Under the pieces are notes generated by a model. It had not been told where the DNA came from, did no database searches, and was given only the letters and a program-made list of their open reading frames with translations. 64,000 bases of DNA from Phallusia mammillata (Eukaryota). This document shows positions 14,201 to 27,479 of the stretch, in pieces; the first letter of the stretch is position 1; every line of letters begins with the position of its first letter. The position numbers were made by a program, and so were the translations under genes. The stretch spans positions 19,840,001-19,904,000 of the forward strand of contig OZ281497.1 of assembly GCA_965637545.1 (NCBI GenBank). Direction: 5' to 3'.

Positions 14201-17200
14201 TCACAGATTAAACATTTTTTCATTTTTTGCAACCAAAACGTGCACAGCAAAAACTTCAGTCAACTGGAATTGCAATCAAGTTTTCATTGTTTCTTTTTTC
14301 GTATAGTTCCGACAAGCAGAGCTGTACAAGAACATCACGACAGCCATGAGACCAGAACCCGAGTACTTCTTTGTTGGTTATTACGGTCTTGGATTTCCAA
14401 CGTTTCTCCGAGTAAGTTTTACCGAACTACACAATACCCAAAATCATCACCCAAAAACAATATTTTCGTTGCTTAACAAAAACTTGAAATCTTTCAGAAT
14501 CGCAAGTTCATTTACCGCGGCAAGGAATTTGAGCGCTTGAGTGATTTTACCACTCGCATCCTTAACCTCCTACCGAGCGCAAAGAAAATGACCACGACGG
14601 CACCGCCCGGGGATGATGTACTTAACTCGACAGGAATGTGTATCCTTTGATTGTGACATAGCGACACCAACATTGAAGCCTATGCTCGATTGAATTAGAA
14701 TTAAGTTTATATGTAGACACAGAGTAAGTTCGATACTCATAAATATTGAACTGAAAGTGTGTGAACTAAACTGTATCGGGCCTTCAACTGACGATAACCG
14801 TTTATGTAATTTAAAAAAAAATATATAGTTCACGATATTGATCGAATGATTTCTAAGAAAATATTTTCCATTCCAAGCTCATAAACACTGGTTATACTGC
14901 GATTGTGCCACTTTTGTCTTGCTAACAAAACTTTCGCGACTCTTGCCCGGTCGGTCAACGAAAAATCCGCCCAGTGGCGTGGGCAGCTAAAAATTCTGGG
15001 TGGGGCCAATACCGTTTACTTTGACAACGCTTTAGGCGTAGAAGGTGTTTTCACCAAACATGTGGTTTTTCAACTGGGGTTCGACGAGACCAACAAAGGC
15101 TTGTTTTACGGATTTCATGTCTGCATGAAAATAATGATTTGCGGATTTCGGCTTACAACTCGGTGACAACTGTATATATTCCTTTGACAAGTAATTCATC
15201 TTCTACGAAACCACACTGAATTGAAGCATCTTAATGTACAACTTTAAAAAAATGGCAATGGCACCTCCTAGGAAACGCCAATAGTACCACCGATTTAATA
15301 TGCTGTAATTCCCCCAAAACCCTTCGTCCAAACAGAACCGACCCATATATCCAATATTTCACCAGTTTTTATCTTTAAATATACTATGATTTGAACACAA
15401 ACTTTGTCGCCGTTTTTGTGAATACATTAGAATAGTAGTATTTAAATAGTTACTACTTCCTTAACGTATGCTTTGCAAATGTGAAGCCGTTCAAATGTAC
15501 AAAGTAAATCCATTAATGGAGGAACCTCCCCACTTCAGAGGCAAAATCGTGGACGACCAGATACTAAGGTTGGTTGTATGTCCTAATATAATCGAGAAAG
15601 ATTTGGTATAGCTCCTAACAGTAAATGTTTCGTTGCAACCAACAGCTTTTATAAAGTTAACGACGTCCATCGCTTCACCTACTCCAAACCATTCAGGAAA
15701 GGGGCCAAAAACAAAGACAACGAATTCGCGGTAAGTCGCAGGTTCTTTAACAGGGATTTTTTTAACGCTGTACCAAAAAACGACCTATTTTATTACCTTT
15801 GTTTCCTCCTTTTTTGTAGAGTATCGGGGTTCGCTTAAATTCTGACTAGTTAAGGCAAAGGTGGTCCTAATATCTTGTCAATGGCAAGCATCAATAATGT
15901 AAATACATCAAAATATATGAAAGAATCGCCTTTTTAGTTGCAAGCATGTGATTATTTAACGTAAACGTTCATAACATTAAAGAACACAAAAAAGAGGCAA
16001 CCGAACAACGACTGAAAAACCAAACTGCAGGTCATGTACGTTATCTACTAATACGCAAAAACATTTTAAGTTAGTGAAATGTTAGTTGAAGTAAATGTTT
16101 GAATAATAACGCTTGTCACATTTTTCGTCTATTTGGGCCGTTATATTCCCCATTAAACTTACGAACAGATCCAAGTATAGTGTCCTAGATATATTTTGAT
16201 TAACAGGTGCCCCATATCACTTGCTGTTTTCAGTCTTTATTTGTTTTATTGTTTGATTTCAGAGCATGTGGATCCAGAGATTTACTTTCACCACCTGCTC
16301 CAAGTTGCCGGGCATCCTGCGCTGGTTTGAGGTCAACAACTTCACCATGGTAAATTATTGTTCGATATTTTGCGCTCATTTTGTGACATCTCGTGACAAG
16401 GTTAGGTGTCGTGAAAACCGCCATATAAATTTGTCGTAAAATCCACCTCAATAAATTTATGTTGAACTTAACAAAACATTGGTTCAATAAATCATTGGTT
16501 TTGAAAAGCACTTAATATTTCACCAATGCCTAATTTACGGCAATGCTGTAAGTTAAATTAGTTCTTAGCAACCGAAATGCAGCTTATTAAATTTGGAAAT
16601 GGCGCATAGAGAAAAAAACGCGTTTTTCTAATTTCGTGTCCAGTGTCCACCTGATTTTAGTTGCACCAAACAAATATCATGACCCATTGCAGTGGTTCTT
16701 ACCCTTTTAGGTATAGTTTCCCACTCAATTAAAGTCAATCACCAAATTCGAATTTCCCTCTCTGTTATTTTTATGATTATGATTTATGCCATACACTGAC
16801 AGTAATGTTCTTTGTTTGATTGAAAATACTCCACTTAGTGACTAAAAAATCACATTTATAGCTTCAACTATTTGAGTGCATCTTAAAACAACAATTTCCC
16901 ATTGCATGTACACAATTTTCCACAGGTTAAGAACCATTGGCCAACTGGCCCAGTGGCTCTTGGATTGTATAGTCAACCTAATTTCTTTCTGTAGAAAGAG
17001 TTGAGTCCACTGGAGAATGCCGTCGAAACTATGGAGACGAGTAACAGGGAGTTGCGACAACTGGTGATGCAATATCACCGCGTCCCTGGCGAACCTATCA
17101 ACCCATTGTCGATGAAATTGAATGGCACCGTAGATCCCAGGGTCATGGGAGGTTTTTCCAACTACGAGAAGGTATAGGCCTAGCTGTTTTATAACACTCC

Positions 17201-20200
17201 TTTAGACATAATTTTGTCCAACAATCGCGATGCAAATCTTCGGTTATAAATCGCAGTTTAAATCGGTTTCTGTTTTACGTTATTGCATAACTTTGCTTTT
17301 TGCTTTGTAAACAACATTTGTCAAAAACTTTTATAAACGACCAATTTTTGTCTTAATTGAACAAATTGCAAAAAGTGTACACAAATTCAATTTACAGGAA
17401 ACTGAGTAGTAGCGCACCTGTTGTATTATTTATCTTAGCTTGTGTTATGCTTCAAAAAATTTCGTTATGAAACAATTTCGGCAATAACATTTATGTTGGC
17501 AGGCTTTCTTCGTCGATTCGTACATAAAGGACAATCCGGACGACCACGGAAAAATTGCTACCCTCAAGGACCTGATTGCATCGCAGGTAATTTTATCAAA
17601 GTATTGATATTTTCGTTATTTACCAAACATTTAAAATCCGGTTTTTACCTCATCCTGGTCACTAATTGTAAATTGACAGGATTTTATGTGAAGTGTGTTG
17701 TAACCATGTCTGTTTGTGTTCAGTTTTTAATGTTTGCCTTGAAATCCTTGACAGATTCCATTACTGGACGAAGGAGTTCGTTTGCATGGCGAATTGGCTC
17801 CAGCAGCTCTCAAACCTTTCCACCAGAACATGGAAACCTGCTTTCAAGATTTAAAAGCCAATGTGGAGAAAAACTACGGAAAGAAGGTGAAACACCCACA
17901 CCTGAATAATTGACGAACACGCTTTTCAATTTTACTTTAAGATTTCTTCACTGTTTTCCAATATGTGGTGCACGTTACAAAAGCTACAAACTTCTGTATG
18001 TGTAATAGATCATTTCAAAACGGAAATGTTACTTCGTTTAATTTTTGTGCAAAGAACTCTCTTACATGTTCCCATATATTATGAAAAATTTGACACCACT
18101 TCATTAAAACCTAATTTGCGTTTTACCTATGGATGACGAAAAGTAATTTGCGATGTCAAGGTGGGGCTGGTGCAAAGGTTAGGGAAAAACTGAACAAACA
18201 CTTACAACAAAACTAGGTCGCATATGTATCCTGCTTTATGTTTTATACCTATATTATAATTCCATTGTGTAACCCCTCCATTATATGATGCTCTAACTTT
18301 TATACTTGTTACCAGCCCCCGTTTATTGCTGGAGGAGCTGTACGTCGCCCATCTCCTCAACATTCCAGAACGATGCAACAACCACGACCGGAGTCTATTC
18401 TCTCCATACAGTCAACTACATCTGATCATTCCACATATGGCGGAGAGAAGTAAGTTAACTCACCTGAACACAAGTCCTCATCCATTGAATGTTTACGTTT
18501 TGAGTTGTACCTTAAAGATTGTCTGGTGGGAGTTATTTATAATTGTATAAAGCAGCCTGGACACCACTGTACAACTAATGGCATGCATAAGATCAAACCA
18601 AAAAAATGTTGACCCTGTTATGTATGTTTTTTTAAACACTTCAGATCCACTATAACACACTAAACTGTATGAATCCGGTCTTTGTTAATCCACGCTTTGA
18701 AACTGTAAGATCCATCATTTTTCAACCAATATGCTTGGCCTATCATTTACATAGTAATAACAAGTTTCTCGAAATCATCACCTTTACATTACAGCGGACC
18801 ACCGGAAGTTCCGGTTAAAAAGCGTGGCGGAAACACACCGGTCGGAAGGTCCACCTCGATGGCCATCCCTGACCGTTCAAACGTAGCAAATCGACGAAGC
18901 AAAACGTCCGAGTGGTTCGTCAACTTCGGGTCAAACAACTCACTCGACAAGAGCGGGACTTCTCTGACGTCAAATTCCAGTACCGGAAACGGCACCGTAG
19001 AATTACGAGAGGAGGTAAATGACAAACTAAAATATTGATTTATTTTTTTGTGCACATTTTTAAGGCAAGTATTCCAGCGATTGTATAACATAGGCATGAC
19101 CAGATATGGAACAATTGATTAAGGTTTGTTTTGCTTTACATTTGCTGGTACGCACGAGTAGAACCGTTAGAAAAAAAGCAGCATTATTGTCCATCGTTTT
19201 TTTCACATTGGTTTGCGGCACGTATTTTTCGAACTTATTAAATGTATAGAGGCTTGTTTAATTCCGGTACGATTTGGTGCATCTGACCTGAACTACAGTT
19301 GAAATCAGTTTCAGGGACCTTGCACACATGCCTAAAAATGTGACTGTATATGGTACCCTTAATTTAACCATTAATCAACAACGTTTCATTCAATGTCATT
19401 GATTCTTTTTGCTTATTGCAGTTGACACCACAGCGACCACGAAGACCCAAGAGTTCGGTGGGGATGCCGACCATGAGTTCCAAGCATCCTCCCAGTCGTA
19501 AGTTAAGCTTATCAATTTTTCTTGACGTTTTAATTTTTAGGCCACGAAAAACACTTACGCAAACGTACCGTCGAAGGTCGATTTTTTGCCGACTTGGCTT
19601 TAATTAAGGTTGCATCTTGCAATCGGTCGTTGAACCCGGCTCCAAGTGGTTAACAAAAAGTAATACCAAAGGTCGTAGCACCACTGCATTACTAATTGTT
19701 TGCATTGCTGTTAAATTACGTCATAGGTTATACCGGTCCTCTGATTTTATAGGTTACAAGGGTGCCCTGGTTTATACTTTGAAAAGTAGTTCTTGACTCT
19801 GTAGTGACCATAAAAATGCCCCAATCGGGTATTAGGGATGGTTGGACAGTGTTAAAAAAATTAAAATCTGTCAACAATTTATTGTGAAAGAGCTACACTG
19901 CTACACAGTCACTTGTATAAGTGCGAAAAACAACTAGCAACTATTTGCACCCAGTTCACTCAACGAACACCAACATAACGTAGACCTTTTATTGAATGCA
20001 CAGACATTGCAAAAAAGTATATTGAAGTAGTTGGTAATACCTTTGTCAATATTAAAGCTCACTTACCTATTTTCAATTGGTTATCTTCATCTGCTGGATG
20101 ATATAAGCAAGTAGACCACAAACCATTTTGATGAGAAAAAATTAGGTTCACCCGTTTGTTTCCACTTTATAGCGAATCATCCACCACGTGCAAACCCTCC

Positions 20201-20717
20201 GCCCCTCCCCGTCAAACAGTGCGGTGACTATGGCAACCTGCCTGGTGACGAGGTGCCCAGAAAGCACGAATCCGTTCCCCTTTCTCCTATTCCAGCCAAC
20301 AAAAAGGTGAGCATTGTGTATGTCAAGAATAAAAAGTATAACTTACCTAGTGGACATTAAAAGCAAGGAATAGTAAATTAAATTGTCGGTGTGTTGTAAA
20401 ACCACCTTTAAGAGTGGTCTTTTTCAGCTCCTCTGGATCGATTACAACCACGTTAAATCACCAAATACTAAAACCGCTGCGTTTATTGGGCTGCGTGTGG
20501 CTCCCGTATTTCTGCCAAGTCATTTCCTTTTGTCAAATATTTGCATTGCGGCGATGTCGTTAACCCGTACTTCGCGGAACAACCTTCACTCCCTTCGATT
20601 AATATTTGTGATTTCGTGCAGCCTCCGCCTCCATTGCCTGTCAAGCGACAAGAATCCAACGTTACAAGACCCTTCTCCCCTCCCAAGAAACCAATGCGAC
20701 CTGCAAAATCCCCGTAG
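2300..20717 (+). CDS. DOCK1: Dedicator of cytokinesis, DOCK-A class (DOCK1/DOCK5-like Rac GEF), roughly 50 exons
   Basis: Exon 1 2300-2348 [18 protein letters not shown]3 exons 2661-2744, 2877-2920, 3185-3240 (AVYNY...KWYRG...[12 protein letters not shown]). LREW motif at about 3415. DHR-1/C2 ([26 protein letters not shown]). DHR-2 with catalytic loop [18 protein letters not shown] (about 17120-17170). Pro-rich tail [15 protein letters not shown] (about 20200-20240). Last exon 20622-20717 [10 protein letters not shown]...AKSP-TAG. GT-AG boundaries in frame wherever checked. DOCK1 vs DOCK5 orthology not resolvable. Confidence 0.95.
7826..8038 (+). mobile_element. 5'-truncated retroelement 3' end with (CTCAT)n tail; copy 1
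   Basis: Homologous to the reverse complement of 46925-47148 (shared TTTACCCACAATGCGCCAACC and TATTTCCGGCTTGGTGATTGTTTTAGTGCTATTGTGT), ending in CTCATCTCATC. Confidence 0.7.
9148..9356 (+). CDS. Alternative internal first coding exon of DOCK (short isoform)
   Basis: ATG 9148, 69 codons + 2 nt ([24 protein letters not shown]...EHNQ-AG), donor GTATGA at 9357. Same phase 2 as the flanking DOCK intron, so it splices in frame to the exon at 9600 ([12 protein letters not shown]). In-frame stop upstream argues against a cassette exon. Confidence 0.65.
14972..15274. mobile_element. Old non-autonomous DNA transposon (hAT-like MITE)
   Basis: Starts CAGTGGCGTGGGCAG; degenerate complementary end ACGCCAATAG near 15265-15274; no clean TSD. 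Confidence 0.35.
16690..16939. mobile_element. hAT-type MITE in a DOCK intron
   Basis: TIRs CAGTGGTTCTTACC / GGTTAAGAACCATTG; flanking 8-mers ACCCATTG / GCCAACTG only partly match (old insertion). Confidence 0.6.
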
Positions 20718-21844
20718 CAACAACTCTCTTCATTTCTTGTGACGAAGACGCAAATTCATGAAGTCATTTTTAATGACATAATCGCAATATTAAGTTCCAA
20801 GACGTTGGTGGTGTACTGACGGCGTGTATTTGAAGACCTCTTTTATTTCGCAGTAAATTAGTCATTACATTGTAAGCAGCTCAAATTAAAGTGGTTCGGA
20901 AGCGGGGGTTTGCTTGATTTAAACCAGGGCTTTTCAACTTAGGACCACACCTGTCTGTGTGTTTTTAAAAAAAAGTAGTATTCGTACAATACATCACAAA
21001 ATACGTTTGTGATCAAAAATATTTCCTCTTTTAACAATAATGTTTAAGTGGGCGGTATGGTAAAAACGGTTGTGGAGCTCTGTTTTTAACACGGACTTGA
21101 ATGAATGTTACTGCTTGTAGTCAGCAATGCCTAAAGCCGAATAAAATTTCTTGCGTTTACGCCGACCTTGACAGCGATGTGTTTCACAACGTTCATATGA
21201 ATGCAATATACATTCTCTGTACGCGTCTCCATTTGTTTCTCATTGCTCAGTGAATTGCACTTACCAATCTATCACATCTCCAGCGCTTTTCTTTATGTCT
21301 TGTATCATCTCGCGTAATCCAGAAATCCTTTTTCGCCTTTTGCGCTGTGCTTGTGCCGTTTTGTAGCATTTAGCCTTGTTTGTTTCACCCCCTGGTACTC
21401 AGCTCAACCTTACAAGGTGGCCTGTGTGCAATACCGAGTGGCGCCTTTATTTCGTGCCGCTGCATTCCCAGTGACCCAGTTTTATATCCTCGCCATCTTT
21501 ACTCAGTCCTGCATCGCGAATCGCCTCCTGATACCAACTTTTCAAAGTGTGGACCACTCTATTGTTTTTGCTCTCATCTCTCAAATCGCATTATTTCTGT
21601 GTTTTCCGCAGCTGCCTATGCGCGCGCCTAGCGCATCCCTCAATTAACCGAGAGTGTCTTACCGCGTCATTAACCAATCACGGCACGCCAACGCGGCGGT
21701 TGCTGTGACAACGGCCAAACCATTCATCGCCATTAACAAAGCGCCCCACCAGCCTGTTACCGCACTTAACATCTCGCGTTTTTCAGAATTACCGAAAGGG
21801 CGATGCCATTTTTGTATTGGGGTATTCCTCTTATATTTGGCCAT
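20067..21844 (-). pseudogene. TMEM178-like (PMP22/claudin superfamily) gene, apparently disabled, antisense to the DOCK 3' end
   Basis: ATG 21844, TM1 ...GALLMAMNGLAVVTATAALACRDWL, frameshift at about 21668, then DAVRHSRLIEGC...RKRRKRISGLREMIQDIKKSAGDVID-TG|GTAAGT (21264). Splices in phase to 20164-20067, [34 protein letters not shown]|GTAAGT, with the GLWxxC signature (cf. recalled TMEM178A ECGRPLFATYSGLWRKC...LILKG). Three in-frame stops at 21591, 21447, 21399. Confidence 0.5.
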
Positions 21845-22466
21845 TTTAAGCTCTTCACTGTCAAATTGTCGTTTTATGAAATAGTTGCTTCAGATTTGGT
21901 GGTGTGAAGGCCTCTACCCGTAATAAACGTATTAACAAGAGCAGTTGTTGTGTGAATCGTTAAGAAAAACTTTTAAATAAATGAAAGACCTGGTTCTTAG
22001 GCATGGGCTACATGAATTATGTGATATGAAAATATAGCACAGGTCAACTACAAGTAATTGCTGATTAGATTGTGTCGTAAATACCATTTGGACGTAGCCC
22101 TTGGCAGTTGATATACAGCACTATAGTTTGTCCAGACATATAACGTCATACAAAAAAAGAACGACCTAAATTTGTCGCTGCCTCCAATGCTGGTCTTTGG
22201 TAAAATAAAAACAATTGCAACCACAAACAGCGTGAATCAGACGTTCTGTTTTTGTGATGATCGCGCGTCGTTTAGTACTTCCAGCATCGTAATCATCCAG
22301 CCATCCTGTTCTTAATGTTTACGTTTTAACGGTCCGGTGCTGGTTCGGCGATTAGCTGTCAGTTGTTGTGGTGTGAAAACAGTTTGACACAACAGTGCTG
22401 AGTTTATATTGAGTCGGACAAGACTGCCAGTCATCAGTCTCGTTCAAGGGCAAGAGTAGGAACAAG

Positions 22467-23871
22467 ATGGCATCTGAACTTCAAGGAACCTGGAAGCTTG
22501 CAGAGTCGGTTAACTTCGACGCTTACATGAAAGCTGTTGGTGAGAAAGATTTTTATTTCTTAAGAGAACATGGCTTGAGTGGAACAAAATGTTAACAGTT
22601 ATTCTGCAGTATAGCTTGTAAACATAAGGTTTAATTTTGGAATGTTGCTAATTCTATAAGTTTGTAGGCAAACAAGCTAGCCTATATTTTACACAGCTTC
22701 CATGCTATAACTATCTAAATATATGATTGGGTCAAAAGTCGATGTTTCAACGCTACCGAATCAACTCGCTTTTGGGTTTGTATTACCATGCACTACAGCA
22801 GCTGCATGGTTGTCACGACATGTCGATTGCATTCACCAGTCCTAGGTCATTAACCAACGTTTGAGACGGTCGAAATTGTTCCTAAAGCTGTGAAGTCGCC
22901 TTACACCTTCTACTATTTGTTGAAACTGTTGTTTGAGTTGCTTCTTTGTGTATGTTTTATTCCTGCTACTTTAACAGGCGTCGGTTTTGCATTGCGCAAG
23001 ATCGGCAACGCAACCAAGTCAACGGTTTCTATTGAGAGCTCCGACCCAGAAGCGGTCAAAATTGTAACATCAAGTACATTCAGCACACACAGACTAGAAT
23101 GTCCTCTTGGCAAGGTGGTTGATCAGCAAACTGTGGATGGACGAAATTGCAAGGTAGTTTGTCAAAAGCAAATTCACTTACCCAATTCGGAAGACAATTG
23201 TGTAAACCTGAACAAATTGTTGCAAAAATGAATTAAAATGGCAGTGTTATGCAACGTTAAAGTAAAATTTGCTTAGGTTTAGTCTGATCTTTGTAGGTTT
23301 TGTCAAACGCCAATATATATACATATATAACGAAATGGTGACGCGTTATCTATTTCGAGGCGAACGTTGTGTCGCACAAAAACCAAGAAAATAATTGCAA
23401 AATAAGAAAGGCGGTACCAAGAAACAGTTTTATGATTGTGAAAGTGTCAAAAGACGGACTTTAAAGAAAAGATAAAATTACTAAGTGTCTGATGCGCGCA
23501 TAAAAACAAAAATAATACACAAAGAAATCACTTTGTTGCTGCAAAAACTCTTTTACTATAAACCAGGTTTCTTTTTGTGTTTGAATAACCATGTATTTTT
23601 AACGGCATAGAACAAGTGTAAATCGTATATTGCAGACTGTAGTCAATTGGAAGAACGATGTTCTAGTCCAGGAGGAATCGTGGAACGGAAAAACGACCTC
23701 TATATCTCGACATGTTAATGAATCAGGAAATTTAATCGCGGTGAGTTTAAAGCAGGGGTTAGAAAATATGTCCAGTTCTTTGCGTTAAAATATTCACAAC
23801 GACTATTTTTGTAGGAACTTCGAATGGGAGATGTTGTTGCAAAAAGAATTTACGAAAAAACGTCTGCCTAA
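22467..23871 (+). CDS. Intracellular lipid-binding protein (FABP/CRABP-like) 1; exons 22467-22539, 22978-23153, 23636-23740, 23815-23871
   Basis: [32 protein letters not shown]...QQTVDGRNCK...ISRHV...ELRMGDVVAKRIYEKTSA*; canonical 4-exon iLBP structure with a 73-nt first exon. Confidence 0.95.
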
Positions 23872-24677
23872 AAGCTCAATACAACAAAAATATTCGTTCT
23901 TCGACCAATTTAACCTATAATTTGTATCGTTCGGGTGTTGACCCGTATGTGATTCGCAAAAATAAATGCCCTTCCGCAAACACCAAACTGCCCTGCGATC
24001 GCCATCACATCACTTTCATTTGCAGCGCTCATATAACTTTGTAACAAAAACAATAAATATTTTTTTTAATTCCCTAATTTTTGGAAGTCGTTATTGCTCC
24101 ATATGTTTATGCAGTTGCAATGCGCAATAATGAACATCGATCATGTACAAGACGAATGTGATGCTCTTTTCTCCAAAGTGTTTTAATTGTGCTCGTTTTT
24201 AACAACCTGCAGATGGTACTCAGTAATAATCACCAGAAAGGCCAGAAAAGTTGTTATTGCTTTCTATTTTATAACATAAATGAAACGTTAAGCATGATGC
24301 TTAACTAGAATAAAACTACACGATAGTTGTTTCTCTGTGAACCGTATCGTCTCTGTGCAGTAAGCTATAAGAGTTGTGGCAACGAACTTACTTATCATTT
24401 TTAACGACAAATATGAACCACGAAAAGAAGCGCCCAAACTAAACTGTGCATTTCTGTGATTTCCCACTGACTGTCATCGCCTATGTAAGTGATGGTTAGA
24501 AACTGATTGAAACGATTGTGTTTTGTATGATATTGGTAGCTGAAGTGTCTAAGAAATCGAAAATACTCGAGCAAATTCCAAACAACAAACAAACTTTCCC
24601 GATTACTTATAAAGTATTGTCGAGACAGATTTAACTTTTTCGTCACTGTTTGCCAACCAATAACCAAAACGTTTACA

Positions 24678-27447
24678 CGACAGAAAGGCTCTTCGTATAT
24701 AGGTTGGACGTTTCCGAGTAAAAGTTGCACATTAACGTAATGGTGTTGCTATGTAGGAAAGTAGAAGGCACAGCAAGTTCGATTCCGTACAAAGGTCGTA
24801 ACATCCCACATATACGTCGTTGCAGGCTTGCTTTTCAGCACAATAAGACATCTTTTAGTTAGTTAGGTTTCGTTGTAAAAGAGACAGAAATTAAAGTGAC
24901 CAGCGATTACCTGTTAATGATACAGTTTTTAGGTTCCTTTTTCAGCTTATTTTATTTTAATTTAATAAATTTAAACAACATCTGAGCAAAAATGGCGGCA
25001 AAAATGAATGGAGTGTGGAAGATAAAGTCTTCCGACAATTTTGAAGAATACATGAAAGCACTCGGTAAGTGTCTAACAGTCTTCCAACACTTACATTATA
25101 ATGGTAACATTTATTGAGTATATATACTGAACCGCGATTATTGCTAGTTGAAAACTAAACCCAATACACCGCCCGGCTGCCTTCGTACGTTTAAAAAGAT
25201 GCAATATATTTTCGATTTATGTAATCGCTGAAAAGCAAGAAGAAAAACAATCTACGAAATAAACGGGAGGTTTTGTATGTCGCAATGGTCACAATTAACG
25301 TTGGGTTGAAATAAGCAATCGCTCCTGGAAGGCGAAAGTAGATTTTTTTCGCAAAAACTGAAGTTGCAAATAGCATGCTTGGTTTCAGAAGAAGCGTTAT
25401 ACTGATCACATGAAGCACACGTTTCTCGCGGTTGGGCAAACATGAGGAGAGCATACATGTGCCGGCAGTTTCTTGCTGTTTGCTTAATGTACGAGCGATG
25501 ATTTACTACGTAGCTCTCAGTTGCTGAGTAGCCAACGCCATATGAATAATAATTAACCGAAATTTAATTGTTCCTACACTCTCGCATCCGAACCCGAAAT
25601 ATATTTCCAGTAATGATGCATTGGGTGATACAAAGCAATAAGCAAACACATTTGCAGGGTTTTAAATCAAACAAAGTCAATCAACAAATTTTCAGGGTAT
25701 GATACTGAAGTTTGGTTATCAAACATATTTAGGGCTTTACAATAGTAATGTAGTCAATACCATGGTAAATGCCAATATAGTTATAGTCAATTTAATATTT
25801 TTTAGGTGTGAACATGGCCATGAGAAAGATGGGAAACTTGGCCAAGCCCGTGTTGACGGTGGAGATTAACGGAAAAGCTTTCTACATGAAGAGCGAAAGC
25901 ACCTTCCGCACACTGGAAACTCGCTGCACAATTGATGAGGAGTTTGATGAAGAGACACCGGACGGACGAAAATGCAAGGTAAGGACACACAAACGTGATG
26001 CAATGCAGGCAATAGTAAACATATCGCGTTTTGAATCACAGCGAAAATTTTTGCATGACGGTCATATGAAAGGCTTATGCGTAGCTTCATTGTTCAACGG
26101 TGATTATAATCACACTTTTTGGCAGATTTTGTTGACATTTTATTGAGTCTGATCCCACCACGTCCATTTTGTAACTCTGACTTAGCTTGTTTTTAGACAT
26201 TCACTGACTACAAACATTGGACTGTACAAAAGTCCAAAGATTACTTCGTGGGCCTATATGGTTAGGGCCGAAAGCTTATGTGTCAGCAAAATCTTGACTT
26301 TATTTACCCACAAATACGAAATAATTTGTCCGATGGGCTTGTTTTGTTTTAGAGCTTATTCTGTTGGCAAGGGGAGAAACTGATTCAAACACAGAAATGG
26401 GGAGACAAGGAAACAACCCTTACTCGATACTGCGAAGGAGATTTGTTGCTCATGGTAAAGTTATAAATATGACAATACAAATATTATTAAGTGTTAATAA
26501 AATTGGTACAAAACGGTCGAAAAGAAGACGTACATCAGATTATTTGTCAGTAGCACTTTGTTTACGCCAACTTTATAAGTTGTCAGAAAAAATATGCAGT
26601 AATCTTTGCATGTAACGTAGTGGTTATGTCATTCAGTTGCTTCCCTTAATGTTTTCAACATAACAATCCTTTTTCCATGTGTGCATTCAATCAATGACTT
26701 GCGATATTCAAGAAAAAGCGCATATACCTATATTTTCAATATTTTTTTTCAGGAGCTTAAACTTGGAGATGTCGTGGCAAAAAGAGTTTACGAGAAAAAG
26801 TAAAAAACTCGTACTTTACCAAATACCAAGCAAGCTTCTTTTATCCAAGAAAATTTAAATTATTAAAGAGCACAAATTCGATCCTTTTAAAGTTCGTTTC
26901 TGTTTCCGAATGTTTTTGCAACTTTTAAAGTCAAGAACACATTAAAAGTTTCTTGTTTGTCCGTAATTGTTTTGCTTGTGTCAAAGACGTTTGAAATAGT
27001 ATTTTAAATCTTGCTATAAGTTGTGAAACTTTTAAATATTGTTTTAATATATATGACTGCAATCACATTTTTTCGTCAATAAAGTGGAACTCAAGCACCC
27101 GAGTTTAATGCCTTACCAACACTTTAAGATATTGAGCTACGTTAACACACCAATTTCTTTGGATATTGCTGTATCATTAAGAAGTTTAAAAATGAAAATG
27201 GGTCGATAAACTATAAATTACGACGCCCCTTGTGGTACGATAAACATAAACTTGATTTGATTTTGCCTTCAGCCGAAGCCCTTACTCATCGACAATTTAC
27301 CACAACGGTCATCATAAAATCTGTGGCTTATTCTGGCTTTAAAAAGGCCTAATTTTGCAGGTAATAAATCGTAAAATAATTTTCACTTAAAATTCAGCTC
27401 TACAAATTATAATTATAGTACAGTGTCTTGAGGCTTGCTAAGACATA
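24678..27447 (+). repeat. Segmental duplication unit A (contains iLBP-2 with flanks)
   Basis: Colinear with 29615-32320 from GACAGAAAGGCTCTT to GTGTCTTGAG, including introns and 3' flank. Confidence 0.9.
24992..26803 (+). CDS. iLBP/FABP-like 2; exons 24992-25064, 25806-25978, 26353-26454, 26753-26803
   Basis: MAAKMNGVWKIKSSDNFEEYMKALGVNMAMRK...ETPDGRKCK-SLFCWQGEKL...ELKLGDVVAKRVYEKK*; exon sizes 73/173/102/51. Confidence 0.95.
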
Positions 27448-27479
27448 TAGTATTCCAATATGCCTTGCTCCGCAAATGA

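Noticed and set aside
18789-19097. 102-aa minus-strand ORF
   Set aside because: Antisense shadow of a DOCK C-terminal exon; no independent signal.
20341-20375. Minus-strand polypyrimidine-TAG|GTAAGT resembling a recursive splice site
   Set aside because: Single short motif in a 1.1-kb intron of a probable pseudogene; expected by chance.
21399-21593. Stop-codon reassignment or readthrough to rescue the TMEM178-like frame
   Set aside because: TAA, TAG and TGA all terminate intact genes in this window, and a frameshift is also needed.
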